The position numbers were made by a program, and so were the translations under genes. A DNA stretch of 64,000 bases from Methanotrichaceae archaeon (GTDB taxonomy: Archaea; Halobacteriota; Methanosarcinia; Methanotrichales; Methanotrichaceae), in the NCBI GenBank assembly GCA_963748825.1, contig CAVVKN010000003.1:32001-96000 (forward strand), written 5' to 3'. The notes beneath the pieces were generated by a model, which saw only the letters and a list, made by a program, of their open reading frames with translations, did not search any database and had not been told where the DNA came from. Below, piece by piece: positions 30,687-40,811 of the stretch; positions within the stretch are counted from its first letter, which is position 1; each line of letters opens with the position of its first letter.

Positions 30687-31892
30687 ATGATTAAACGAGA
30701 ATCGCTGCAAAAGAAGCTGGCAATGGCGGCAATAGCAGGGATGCTGATGCTGCTATTGGCGGCATCATGTGTCGCCCAGACACCGTTGGAAGTTGGTGGA
30801 CCGGAAAATTGTACTGATTGTAGTGGGAATGCTTTCGCTGACCAGACTCTAGACGGTTCAATAACAGAAGCTGAAGCTTCCAGTTCGCCGGGCTTCGAAA
30901 ATGCGGTCCAGGAAACGGATTCATCAAATGCATCGATCAGCCGGGAACTTCAAGCCGCCGACCTAGTGTCGCCTTCCGGCATTCTGAATACGGGGAGGCC
31001 CACTTACGTCTGGGACGGCGTATCTGGCAGCCAGTACTACCGCCTGGAGGTGATGGACGATCACAATAATGTCGTCCTCAAGCAATGGTACAATGCATCG
31101 GACTATCCACCGGACACAATCTCTGTAACGCCTCTACAGAGCCTGGACCCCGGAGACTACACATGGAGAATCCTTTGCTGGAACTGCCAGAACCAGAACG
31201 AACAGCCGAGCCCGGAAATGGATTTTACCGTCTGCACATCCACCACCTTCCCAGGCAGGGCGACCCTTATCTCTCCTAAAGATACAATTGGCAGCAAGAA
31301 TCCGACCTTTGTATGGAGCCCAGTTGCAGGATGCACTCAGTACTGCCTTAAGGTGGCCAATACATATTATCAAAATGATCCCATCTTAGTGGAGTGTTAT
31401 GATGCAGAAGAGGTTATCTCCGGCCAGCGCTGCTCCATAACGCCTGGGCTGGATCTCGATCCAGGAAACTACCGGTGGTGGATTCAGACTATTAACTGCA
31501 AGGGAGAAGGGCCCTGGAGTAATTACAAGAGCTTCAGATATCAAAACAGGTCCCCAGGCAGAACGACTCCAATATCTCCTCGGGGCCTAACTTCCTCTAC
31601 ACCGACCTTCATCTGGACGGCGGCCTCAGCCGCCACACAGTACCATCTGCAGGTGGACAGCAACAGTGACAATGTGGTAGACGAGGTTTATGATGCCGAA
31701 GATGTGACCCTAGGAAGTCGGTGCTCAGTATTATTGCCTGAAGCCCTCCCGGATGATGATGGTGCCATTTACTACTGGCGCGTACAGGCCAGCAACGATG
31801 CCGGGAATGGACTCTGGAGCAGCTATCGGTATTTTGAAACGATCTGTCCCTTTAGGCCGGGTACGGACAAGAAAAAAGCCCGGATGGGATAA
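30687..31892 (+). CDS. Secreted protein with three fibronectin-III/Ig-like repeats
   Basis: Signal peptide; three ~100-aa units SP....PT(Y/F).W....Y.L.V....Y.W....N; Cys-rich. Confidence 0.8.
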   Translation: MIKRESLQKKLAMAAIAGMLMLLLAASCVAQTPLEVGGPENCTDCSGNAFADQTLDGSITEAEASSSPGFENAVQETDSSNASISRELQAADLVSPSGILNTGRPTYVWDGVSGSQYYRLEVMDDHNNVVLKQWYNASDYPPDTISVTPLQSLDPGDYTWRILCWNCQNQNEQPSPEMDFTVCTSTTFPGRATLISPKDTIGSKNPTFVWSPVAGCTQYCLKVANTYYQNDPILVECYDAEEVISGQRCSITPGLDLDPGNYRWWIQTINCKGEGPWSNYKSFRYQNRSPGRTTPISPRGLTSSTPTFIWTAASAATQYHLQVDSNSDNVVDEVYDAEDVTLGSRCSVLLPEALPDDDGAIYYWRVQASNDAGNGLWSSYRYFETICPFRPGTDKKKARMG

Positions 31893-32031
31893 TTTCCCGC
31901 TATTGGGCAAGGATGCGGGGGTGAGGCCGACCCCGGTCTCATCCATCCTATTTCTTTATGCTTAAGATTTTGAGGGCAGGCCATGGGCCAGCCCGCGCAA
32001 GCATCTTCTGGATTTCAGATACCGATTCTGC

Positions 32032-32298
32032 CTATTCCAGCTTCTCGATGCCGACCTTCTTTACCTTTGGCTTCCAGATCTTGTCAGGCATCCAGGCTGG
32101 CGCTCCGGCGGGCTTGTCCACCTGCACTCTCTCTCCTGAAAACACATGCACCTTCTTGGTACCACGTTCGCGCAACTTGATATCGGTGTAGCCCCGGTTG
32201 GCTGCTTTTAGGGCGGCCTGTCTGGGTGATTTTCCTGTAAAGACTCCAATCTCATTTCCCTCAGCATCTCGTAGGGCGAAATTTCTCATCTCAGCCAT
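32032..32298 (-). CDS. Methanogen chromosomal protein MC1
   Basis: RNFALRD..GNEIGVFTGKSPRQAALKAANRG...LRERGTKKVHVF...APAWMP. Confidence 0.95.
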   Translation of the reverse strand: MAEMRNFALRDAEGNEIGVFTGKSPRQAALKAANRGYTDIKLRERGTKKVHVFSGERVQVDKPAGAPAWMPDKIWKPKVKKVGIEKLE

Positions 32299-32510
32299 AA
32301 TTTTCCCTCCTTCGTGGATATGAATAAGCCTCTCTGATTCGGTATATTAATTTAATCCAAAAGTACCCTAAAAAAGGGTGGAAGTGGTCTTGGACTTTGC
32401 CGCAAACGCTTTTGCTAATTATCAAAAAAATTCAGCAAAAAATTGATTATATTATAAAAAATTAGCAAATGGACTGAATAACATATCCATTCGCCAATCG
32501 TTTAAGCAGA

Positions 32511-33929
32511 TTAGCCCTGATATGCCACCCGCATTCCGCTGGGCCGGCTTGTCGCCAGACTTCCTACCACGTAGGCCACCGTGCCGCAGATGAGACCTAT
32601 GAAGACGGGGTGGATGATAGGGTTGCCGTAAAAGTTCCAGGCGACTACGGAAAAGAAGGAAGCTAGCAGGCTGGCGATAAAGCCCGTTTGCGTGCCTCTG
32701 TCCCAGTAGAGGCCGAAGATAAGCGGCACGAAGACGCAGCATGCGATGACTCCCATGCTTACTGAGACCAGGGGCACGATCTGTTGGGGAACATCGACCG
32801 CCGATATCGCAGCTATTAGCAGGATTGTCACTCCTACGACGCGAGTCAATAGCAGCGTCTTTTTGTCGGAGATCTCGGGATGCAGGTAGCGCAGGATATC
32901 TGATGTGAGACTGGTGGTGGTGACCAGCACAATGGCACTCATGGTGGACATTGCCGCGGAGATCGCTGCCAGTAAGATGATTGCGTCAAAGCCGGGCGGA
33001 AGAAAAGTCGTAGCCAGGAAGGGTACCAAACCATCGGGATTCTTGAGGAACGGCGCCAGCTGCTCGGTGCTCAAAACTCCGTAGGCCAAGATCCCCAGGG
33101 AGAATATGCAGAGAGCATAAACAGCAATCGAGAGTGGCCCAAAGATGCCGGCGAAGCGGACTACTCTCCTATCTTTGGCCGAGAATATCATTATGAGCAG
33201 ATCGGGCAAAGCCAGCAGGCCGAGGCTGATGGAAAAGGCCATGCCTAAGGTCTTCTGCCAGGGCACATTGAGGCCCTGCATGGAGAGCACGCTTGCCGGG
33301 ATATGCTGCCAGATCTCCGATCCGCCGCCTGCGGAAAAGATGCCTCCGTAGAGGAAGACCGCCCCGACCAGCATGAGAATGCCCTGGATAAAGCCGATCC
33401 AGATGATGGCTGGTAGGCCGCCGATGGCGTAGTAGACGGCCACGATGGCTACGGCAATCATCAGGCCCTGCAGGTAGCTGACGCCAATCAGTCCCTGAAA
33501 GAGGGTGGCGCATCCCTTGAAGATAGGCACTAGATAGACTGTGTAGAGGAGCAGCATGATCGCTGCCAGGATTACCTTGCCCGTGGGGGAGTTGTACCTT
33601 TTTTCCAGCAGTTGAGGTACGGTCTTGGCATCATACTGCTTGGCCATGGCCCAGATCTTTCCTGCCATGAGCCAGGCAAGGCAAGCGAAGGCCACATGAA
33701 AGAAGGTGCAGAAGACCACCCAGGGCATGCCGGCGACCAGGCCATATCCTCCACCACCCAGGAAAGACGCTGCACTGAAGTAGGCTGCCGTGAATGCTAT
33801 GCCTATGACGGCAGGATAAGCGATGTTGCGATCGGAGAGAACGAAGCCCGAAAAGGTCCCCTGGCGCAGCTTGAAGGAGAGCAGTACTATGAGGGCCACG
33901 TAGGCCACGAGCAGCAATTCATTGATCAT
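32511..33929 (-). CDS. Sodium:solute symporter (SSS/SLC5 family)
   Basis: SAASFLGGGG, Y..IGGL, AAISAAMST, GLYW; divergent from iorAB-paaK. Confidence 0.9.
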   Translation of the reverse strand: MINELLLVAYVALIVLLSFKLRQGTFSGFVLSDRNIAYPAVIGIAFTAAYFSAASFLGGGGYGLVAGMPWVVFCTFFHVAFACLAWLMAGKIWAMAKQYDAKTVPQLLEKRYNSPTGKVILAAIMLLLYTVYLVPIFKGCATLFQGLIGVSYLQGLMIAVAIVAVYYAIGGLPAIIWIGFIQGILMLVGAVFLYGGIFSAGGGSEIWQHIPASVLSMQGLNVPWQKTLGMAFSISLGLLALPDLLIMIFSAKDRRVVRFAGIFGPLSIAVYALCIFSLGILAYGVLSTEQLAPFLKNPDGLVPFLATTFLPPGFDAIILLAAISAAMSTMSAIVLVTTTSLTSDILRYLHPEISDKKTLLLTRVVGVTILLIAAISAVDVPQQIVPLVSVSMGVIACCVFVPLIFGLYWDRGTQTGFIASLLASFFSVVAWNFYGNPIIHPVFIGLICGTVAYVVGSLATSRPSGMRVAYQG

Positions 33930-34014
33930 GGTATCTCCTCATCAGGATAAAGAGCGTTATGGAGAGCATAATTATTATTGAGATCAGCAAAGCGAAGTAT
34001 GGCAGTGGCATCAT
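33919..34014 (-). CDS. 31-aa single-TM microprotein
   Basis: Manual translation MMPLPYFALLISIIIMLSITLFILMRRYHDQ; overlaps the symporter start. Confidence 0.6.
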   Translation of the reverse strand: MMPLPYFALLISIIIMLSITLFILMRRYHDQ

Positions 34015-34394
34015 CTTCTTCCCACCGTGAAGAGCCGACGGGCTCCTGCAATAACCGGCAACATCATGCAGTTGTTCATTAATATCCCTCATAATGTACT
34101 AAGTTGTACTTCAATGCGCAACTACGAGCAATCCAATTTAAAAACATTTCCCTCGCAGCAAGTTGAAATCGCCAAATAAAATCGCGAATTTTCATGACCT
34201 GATGTTCGAAGATTTATATTAGTATCAATTAAAATTTCAACTTAAGTTTAGGGTTAAGAATATAAAAGCACGGATCCACCACAAGAATTATAAGCCAAAA
34301 TTCGTATCGCCTCGTGAACCTTTGATGTATACGATTGCGCATAAACGACCAACAACAATCACCCGCATTTCAGCAAATGAAAACGAGGAGAAAA

Positions 34395-36152
34395 ATGGCA
34401 TTGAGACGTTTAATGTCCGGCAACGAGGCCATTGCCCGCGGGGCCTTTGAGGCCGGTGTGACGGTTGGTGCGGGCTATCCGGGAACTCCTTCAACGGAGA
34501 TCCTGGAAAACCTGGTCAAATACAAGCCCGATGTGTACTGCGAGTGGTCACCAAATGAGAAGGTAGCCTTTGAGGTTGCTGCGGGAGCCTCCCTGGCCGG
34601 AGCACGCTCCATTGTGACCATGAAGCATGTGGGGCTGAATGTGGCGGCAGACCCGCTCATGACTTTGAGCTATATCAGCGTTGAGGGAGGATTTGTGGCC
34701 TGCGTGGCCGATGATCCGGGCATGCACTCCTCGCAAAACGAGCAGGATACCCGCAATTACGCTCGCTTTGCCAAAATTCCCCTATTCGAGCCCTCCGACA
34801 GCCAGGAGGCAAAGGACTTCCTCAAGCTGGCCATCCAGGTCTCGGAGGGGTTCAAGACGCCGGTCATCCTGCGCACCACCACCAGAGTCAGCCACTCCAG
34901 GAGTCTGGTGGATCTAGGCGAGCGCATTCTTTCCGAAAAGAAGATCGGCCTGGTCAAAGACCCGCCCCGTTTTGTGCCCATACCCGTCTGGGGCCGGCCC
35001 ATGCGCCAGAGGGTAGAGGACAGGCTCCTTCGCCTGCGAGCCCTTTCAGAATGCTCGCCCGCCAATCGCATAGAATGGCGGGAAAGAGATTTGGGGATCA
35101 TCACATCTTCCATCGCCTACCAGTATGCCCGAGAGGTCTGGCCCCAGGCCTGCATTCTCAAGCTGGGAATGTCCTATCCTTTCCCTGATGCTCTGATCCG
35201 GGAGTTTGCGGCTGGCGTCTCAAGTCTTCTCGTGGTGGAGGAGCTGGACGACTTCATTGAGCAGCACGTCAAGGCCCTGGGCATCACATGTCGGGGAAGA
35301 GATGTTGTTCCTGGGATCATGGAGCTGTCCGTGGACCGGCTGCTGGCGTCCCGGGCCAGGCTAGAAGGAAGGCCGGTGCCAGAGGAAAAGCCCTCTATGT
35401 TTTCGGACCGCTTGCCGCCCCGCCCGCCGGTGCTCTGTCCCGGCTGCCCTCACCGCGGCATCTTCTATTCCTTAGGCAAAGAGGACGTGGTGGTGACTGG
35501 CGACATCGGATGCTACAGCCTGGGAGCTTTCCAGCCGCTGGACAGAATGGACAGCATCCTCTGCATGGGCGCCGGCATATCCATGGCCCACGGCCTAGAG
35601 AAGGCAGGCGAGCCTCGCAAGGTCGTGGGCATTGTGGGCGACTCTACCTTCTTTCACTCCGGCATCACCGGCCTACTGGATATCGCCTACAACAAGGGCC
35701 ATTCGACCATAATCGTATTGGACAACCGCACCACGGCCATGACCGGCCATCAGGACCATCCCGGCACGGGCAGAACTCTCATGGGTGAAGCGGTAAAAGC
35801 CGTCTCCATAGAGGATATCGGCCGGGCCTGCGGCATCGAGCGTGTCTGTGTGATCAATCCCTATGACCTGGACGCTTCCCGGCTGGCCATCTCTGATGAA
35901 ATCGCGGCAAAGGAGCCGTCCCTGATCGTCTCGCGTGCGCCCTGCCCTCTGCGGGAGAAGAAAAAGGTTGGTGTGACCAGAAAAATCGTGGCGGATGAAT
36001 GCAAGGGCTGCGAGCTGTGTCTGGATCTCGGCTGCCCGGCTATTGAAGGCGGAGAGGACGGCCCCAGGATAAACGAGACGCTCTGTGCTGGCTGCGGCCT
36101 ATGCCAGCAGGTCTGTCCGGCCGGGGCCATCATCAGCGGGGGGAGAGCATGA
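34395..36152 (+). CDS. iorA: Indolepyruvate:ferredoxin oxidoreductase alpha subunit
   Basis: MSGNEAIARG, YPGTPSTE, NEKVA, MKHVGLNVAAD, RPP.LCPGCPHR, GDIGCY, GDSTFFHSG, C-terminal 2x[4Fe-4S]. Confidence 0.96.
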   Translation: MALRRLMSGNEAIARGAFEAGVTVGAGYPGTPSTEILENLVKYKPDVYCEWSPNEKVAFEVAAGASLAGARSIVTMKHVGLNVAADPLMTLSYISVEGGFVACVADDPGMHSSQNEQDTRNYARFAKIPLFEPSDSQEAKDFLKLAIQVSEGFKTPVILRTTTRVSHSRSLVDLGERILSEKKIGLVKDPPRFVPIPVWGRPMRQRVEDRLLRLRALSECSPANRIEWRERDLGIITSSIAYQYAREVWPQACILKLGMSYPFPDALIREFAAGVSSLLVVEELDDFIEQHVKALGITCRGRDVVPGIMELSVDRLLASRARLEGRPVPEEKPSMFSDRLPPRPPVLCPGCPHRGIFYSLGKEDVVVTGDIGCYSLGAFQPLDRMDSILCMGAGISMAHGLEKAGEPRKVVGIVGDSTFFHSGITGLLDIAYNKGHSTIIVLDNRTTAMTGHQDHPGTGRTLMGEAVKAVSIEDIGRACGIERVCVINPYDLDASRLAISDEIAAKEPSLIVSRAPCPLREKKKVGVTRKIVADECKGCELCLDLGCPAIEGGEDGPRINETLCAGCGLCQQVCPAGAIISGGRA

Positions 36153-36769
36153 GCGAGAATGGCAGTATGGCGAAGGAGACCGCGAAGGAGACAGCGGAGA
36201 CGAAGAGCATCGTAATAGTTGGCGTGGGCGGACAGGGAATTTTGCTGGCCAGCGAGATACTGGCCCAGGCGGCCATGCTGGAAGGCTACGATGTCAAGAC
36301 CAATGAGGTGCACGGCATGGCGCAGCGGGGCGGCTCGGTGATGGCTCAGATTCGCTATGGCAGAGAGGTGCATAGCCCCCTGGTGGCCAGGAATGCAGCT
36401 CACATTCTGGGCGCTTTGGAGAAGGTAGAGGCGCTCCGCTACGCAGACTACCTTCGACCAGACGGCCTGGCTGCCGTAAGCTCTCAGGCCATAATGCCTG
36501 TGACAGTTTCCTCGGGCGCGGCCCATTATCCGGAAGACGCGGAAGAGCTGCTGCACCAAGCCTTTCCCAGGCTGGTTTACATCGATGCCGCAAAAATAGC
36601 CAAAGATCTGGGTGACATTCGGGCGGCCAATGTCGTCCTCCTGGGAGCCATCTCCCAGGGTCTGGATCTGCCCTTGGAGTCGTGGGAGAAGGCCATTGCG
36701 CTATGCGTGCGGGAGAAGTTTCTAGATATCAACCGGAAAGCCTTTGCCGCGGGAAGGAACTATTCATGA
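36149..36769 (+). CDS. iorB: Indolepyruvate:ferredoxin oxidoreductase beta subunit
   Basis: GVGGQGILLAS, EVHGMAQRGGSV, NVVLLGA. Confidence 0.95.
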   Translation: MSENGSMAKETAKETAETKSIVIVGVGGQGILLASEILAQAAMLEGYDVKTNEVHGMAQRGGSVMAQIRYGREVHSPLVARNAAHILGALEKVEALRYADYLRPDGLAAVSSQAIMPVTVSSGAAHYPEDAEELLHQAFPRLVYIDAAKIAKDLGDIRAANVVLLGAISQGLDLPLESWEKAIALCVREKFLDINRKAFAAGRNYS

Positions 36770-38058
36770 CAAAAAATGACAATTTTCACAATAAATTAAT
36801 GGAAACCGCTTCCAGAAAGGACATATTGGAGATGCAGTCCGCGAGGCTGAAAGCCATAGTCAAACACGTTTACGAGTCCAATGCCTCCTACCGGCGGCTC
36901 TTTGATGAGGCGAACGTAAAGCCGGAGGACATCCGGACAGCAGACGATGTGGTCAAGCTTCCCATGACCAACAAGGACATCCTGCGGGAGAGCTACCCTC
37001 TGGGGCTCTCCTGCGTGCCGCGCCAGAAGATCGTGGAGATGCACATGTCCTCTGGCTCTACAGGAACGCCGGTGGTCATGCCTTACACCGAGAATGATCT
37101 GTTGCAATGGGCGGAGTGCATGGCCCGCTGCTACCGCATGGCCGGGGCGAAGCCCGGAGACGCCACCCAGATCACACCTCTCTTCGGCCTTTTCAACGGT
37201 GGCTTTGGCATGTACCACGGGGCGCGGGCGGCGGGGCTCTTTGTCATACCGGCCGGGCCAGGAAATACCGCCCGGCAGATACGCCTGGCCAAGGATCTGA
37301 AGACGCGGGTCTTCACGGGCGTTGTGAGCTACGGTGTGCGGCTCATGGAGATCTTGGAGGAGCAGAAGGAGACTCTGCCGGACCTCGAGATCGGCATCTT
37401 CGGGGCGGAGGCATTCTCTGAGTCCATGAAAAAGAAGATCTCAAACGGCCTGAACATCGATGTCTTCGACATCTACGGCATGACCGAGTCGGGCGGCGTG
37501 GGCACGCTGGGCATGGACTGCTCGGCTCACGACGGCCTGCACGTCTGGGAGGATCAGTACATTCTGGAGATCATCGATCCCAAGACGGGAGAGCCGGTGG
37601 ATGACGGAGAGGAGGGCGAGCTGGTCTTCACCTCCTTAACGCGCGAGGCGTTGCCCATGATTCGCTTCCGCACCGCTGACCTGACCCACATCATATCCCG
37701 GGACACCTGTGAGTGCGGCAGGACTCATCTGAAGATCGCGCCCATCACCGGTCGGCGGGACGACATGCTGATTGTCAAGGGCGTGAACTTCTTCCCCAAG
37801 CAGATCGAGCAGACGCTCCTTGGCATTCCCGGCATCGGCAACAACTACCAGATCATTGTGGAAGAGGTGGACGGGGTCAACAATGTGCGGGTAAATGTGG
37901 AGGCCGGGCCCGGAGTCACGGGCTACATGGTGGAAAAGGCGCTCAAGGAGACACTGGGCTTTTCACCCAAGGGAGATGTCTTTCCCATAGGCGGCCTGCC
38001 CCGCCAGGAGGGCAAGGCGAAAAGGGTGTTCCACGAGAAGATCGGAGGGGGGAAATAG
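36766..38058 (+). CDS. paaK: Phenylacetate-CoA ligase family protein (second copy)
   Basis: SSGSTG.P, DIYGMTE, GRRDDMLIVKGVN.FP, GKAKRV; ATGA-coupled to iorB. Confidence 0.9.
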   Translation: MTKNDNFHNKLMETASRKDILEMQSARLKAIVKHVYESNASYRRLFDEANVKPEDIRTADDVVKLPMTNKDILRESYPLGLSCVPRQKIVEMHMSSGSTGTPVVMPYTENDLLQWAECMARCYRMAGAKPGDATQITPLFGLFNGGFGMYHGARAAGLFVIPAGPGNTARQIRLAKDLKTRVFTGVVSYGVRLMEILEEQKETLPDLEIGIFGAEAFSESMKKKISNGLNIDVFDIYGMTESGGVGTLGMDCSAHDGLHVWEDQYILEIIDPKTGEPVDDGEEGELVFTSLTREALPMIRFRTADLTHIISRDTCECGRTHLKIAPITGRRDDMLIVKGVNFFPKQIEQTLLGIPGIGNNYQIIVEEVDGVNNVRVNVEAGPGVTGYMVEKALKETLGFSPKGDVFPIGGLPRQEGKAKRVFHEKIGGGK

Positions 38059-38646
38059 GCCCCTCGCGCATTTTTAGAATCGCGTTTTATACACATCGTT
38101 GCTAACCTATGTGGGAATGTTGTCGTTTGGATCTGTGAGCAGATAATATTATGGTGTTATTCCACTTAGACCGAAATAATTCCGGCTAGGTGAGAATTAT
38201 TTGGTAGAGATCGAGAATAGAAGTAGGGAACTGACAGATGCATTAACCCTTAAAGCTGTGTGCTTGAAACCTCGTTAGAATCAAATTCCATTTTACCAAA
38301 TTACTTCTTATTATTTTTTATTCCAATCAATGCATCATTGTTTATGAATAATGATAATAAATCGCCATTTTTTAGATTTCGATTACTATTTCCTAGGTCT
38401 TTTCTAATTTCTATATTTAAAGATGTGCTCAAAATTACACAAAGCACCACATCTAGAAATAGTTCTTACGATCTTGCCGTTGCATCAAGCATTTCGCAAT
38501 AAGTCTGGAGGGCTATGTAGATCCTGTATGTGGAAAATCAAGGCAAAATTCCTGACCATATGCAGCCATCTCGCAATCCTTCCTGAAGCTTTCAGGTATT
38601 TCAGCAAGGATTATTGTATATTTTGAGGCGATTGAATATTCGCTAA

Positions 38647-38826
38647 TTAATGCTCCGGAATCCATCTTAGTTTCTGGATGATTACTGCTTCGGCATTCTC
38701 TATCAAGGTGATGCTCTGCGCCCTGTGCCTGCCGCTCTTCACAATAACCACCGGCCCCTGCATCTTTCGGGCCTCGGCGTAGATCTTTGCACCGTGCAAT
38801 GCATCGCCTTCTTCGTAGCAATCCAT
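38647..38826 (-). CDS. Small hypothetical protein coupled to the RHH gene
   Basis: ~59 aa; ATG overlaps the upstream TGA; no recognised family. Confidence 0.4.
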   Translation of the reverse strand: MDCYEEGDALHGAKIYAEARKMQGPVVIVKSGRHRAQSITLIENAEAVIIQKLRWIPEH

Positions 38827-39167
38827 CAAATGGCCTCCAGGCGGCCTTCTTTCTTCAGCTCGGCAGTAATGCGGCGCACCAGGTCAAAATCCAGCTCCAG
38901 ATCCTGAGAGATCTCATCAGGATAAGCCTCTTGCTTTCTCTGGAAGTATCCGATGATTTCCTTTTTTGCCGTCTCATAATCGACGTCACGGCATTTTATC
39001 ACTTTTATGGCTGCCAGCTTGTCACGGATAGCTTCTCGAACGAAGTCCGATGCGTTGAGATAAACTCCTGCATCAATCAGATCCTGGATCTGCGTCAACT
39101 CGCTGCGCGTGATCTTCGATCCTATAACACATCCCTGGGATTCCTTCGACCTCACCGCACTGGCCAT
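38826..39167 (-). CDS. Ribbon-helix-helix (CopG-like) regulator with C-terminal winged HTH
   Basis: LI..G.Y.N.SDFVREAIRDKL, then EAYPDEISQDLELDFDLVRRITAELKKEG. Confidence 0.75.
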   Translation of the reverse strand: MASAVRSKESQGCVIGSKITRSELTQIQDLIDAGVYLNASDFVREAIRDKLAAIKVIKCRDVDYETAKKEIIGYFQRKQEAYPDEISQDLELDFDLVRRITAELKKEGRLEAI

Positions 39168-39331
39168 GCGTTAAATTAGGTTAACGTTGGTTAAAAACTT
39201 TTCCCAGGAGATTTGATTTGTCCTCACTTGTGCTTCAATGGGATTGATACTCAACCCTAAGTCCTGCTGGGGGGATCGGTCTTGAGTCAAAAATAGAATT
39301 TTAAGAGTCGCGTAAAAATTCCGCAGCTTCT

Positions 39332-39946
39332 CTATACCGTCCCGCAGGGGCTCTCCGTGAAGCTCTTCTCGAAGACCTCCCTCTCGGCAGCCACTTCAGC
39401 GAAGATCTGCGCCTGGAAGTGCTGAACCTCGGTGTCCTCATCCAGCCAGGCATCCGGGGGCAGTCCCGCCTTGACGCAGGTCTGCGAGAGGAATTCCAGC
39501 GGGTCGAAGCCCCACTCCGGAGCCACCTGGGGCAGGAGCAGGCCGGAAAAAGGCCCTTTGGTGACAATTAGCCCGTCCTTGCCGATCTTCACTAGCTCAG
39601 GCAGCTTCTTTTTGGGCTCGATGTAAGGTTCGGGCTGGGTGAGTATGGTCACCTCTATCTCGATCCTCTCGAGCTCGCCCGGGTGCACGCAGGGAAAGCG
39701 CGGGTCGCGGGAGCAGGCATTGATGGCCGAGTCCACAATAGCCTTTCCGAGCGGCATGATGGGCTCCGGGTAGCCGATGCAACCGCGCAGGTCACCGTCC
39801 TCGTGCAAGGTCACAAAGACGCCCCGCTTTTCCTCGAATACAGGCGGCAGGCCCCTGGGCTCGATGATCTTTTTCTTCTCGGTGTAGCCGGTCAGAGCCT
39901 TTCTGGCCAAATGGACGGCCAGACGGCCCTCTTCCAGTGTCAGCAT
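39332..39946 (-). CDS. AMMECR1-domain protein (TIGR00296)
   Basis: GVFVTL...LRGCIG, DPRF, GLLLPQV, KAGL..DAW. Confidence 0.93.
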   Translation of the reverse strand: MLTLEEGRLAVHLARKALTGYTEKKKIIEPRGLPPVFEEKRGVFVTLHEDGDLRGCIGYPEPIMPLGKAIVDSAINACSRDPRFPCVHPGELERIEIEVTILTQPEPYIEPKKKLPELVKIGKDGLIVTKGPFSGLLLPQVAPEWGFDPLEFLSQTCVKAGLPPDAWLDEDTEVQHFQAQIFAEVAAEREVFEKSFTESPCGTV

Positions 39947-40024
39947 AAACGTTACTGTAGGACTGGAAACTATTAAAGAGTTGTGCGGCTCCGACCTCTG
40001 AGAGATCTTGAGAAAAGCATCTCC

Positions 40025-40687
40025 CTAGTTCCAGTTGAGACGATTCCAGTACTCGTATTCGTGCTCCCAGTTCTCTTTGTTCATCTTCACGAGCTTCTTG
40101 AAGTACTCCCGCGTTTCCTCTTGCATCTTCCTCTGCTCGACGTAGTCGCGCTTGGTCTTGATATCCTCAGCTAGAGATTTGCCGAGCACAATGGCCTTCT
40201 TCTCCGCCTCCTCTAGAGTCCCCGGCCCCTGGGACATGGCAGCGCCCACGCTTCCCGTGACGAAGGCTCCGAAATTGAGCATCAGGCCGTCCAGATAAGT
40301 CGTGACCTGATCGTAGTTGCTGCCGCCGCTGGAAACGCTGCAGCAGTACTTGCCTGTGAGAAGCTGGCAGTGAATGGCGTCCGCCATGCGATCGATGAGC
40401 GTCTTCATCTGCGCCGTGACGGTGTGGAAATAATTGGGCGAGCCCCAGACCATGCCGTCTGCGGCCAGGATTTTGTTATAGAGCCCCTGGAAGTCGTCTT
40501 TATGCACGCATTCGCCTTTCTTGAAGCAGACCTGGCAAGCGTTGCAGAATTTGATGTCCAGCTCACAGACATCCACCAGCTCCACCTCGGCCCCGGAAGC
40601 TCTTGCCCCATCCAGGGCGGCCTGAACCAGCCGCAGCGTCGTGCTCTTGGAGCCCCGCGGGCTGGCGCAAATTCCTAAAATCTTCAT
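40025..40687 (-). CDS. Iron-sulfur flavoprotein / flavodoxin family
   Basis: SPR...T, CNAC..C.....C...DD, GSPNY, MKTLIDR. Confidence 0.9.
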   Translation of the reverse strand: MKILGICASPRGSKSTTLRLVQAALDGARASGAEVELVDVCELDIKFCNACQVCFKKGECVHKDDFQGLYNKILAADGMVWGSPNYFHTVTAQMKTLIDRMADAIHCQLLTGKYCCSVSSGGSNYDQVTTYLDGLMLNFGAFVTGSVGAAMSQGPGTLEEAEKKAIVLGKSLAEDIKTKRDYVEQRKMQEETREYFKKLVKMNKENWEHEYEYWNRLNWN

Positions 40688-40811
40688 ATCTTATCCTCCA
40701 TTAACCTATCCTGATAATCATGATATTATGTTCCGTTAATATTTTTCCATGCACTCGTTAATATCCAGTTTTATTCATTTATTTTTTCCCATCGTTTCGC
40801 AAAATTTCGAT

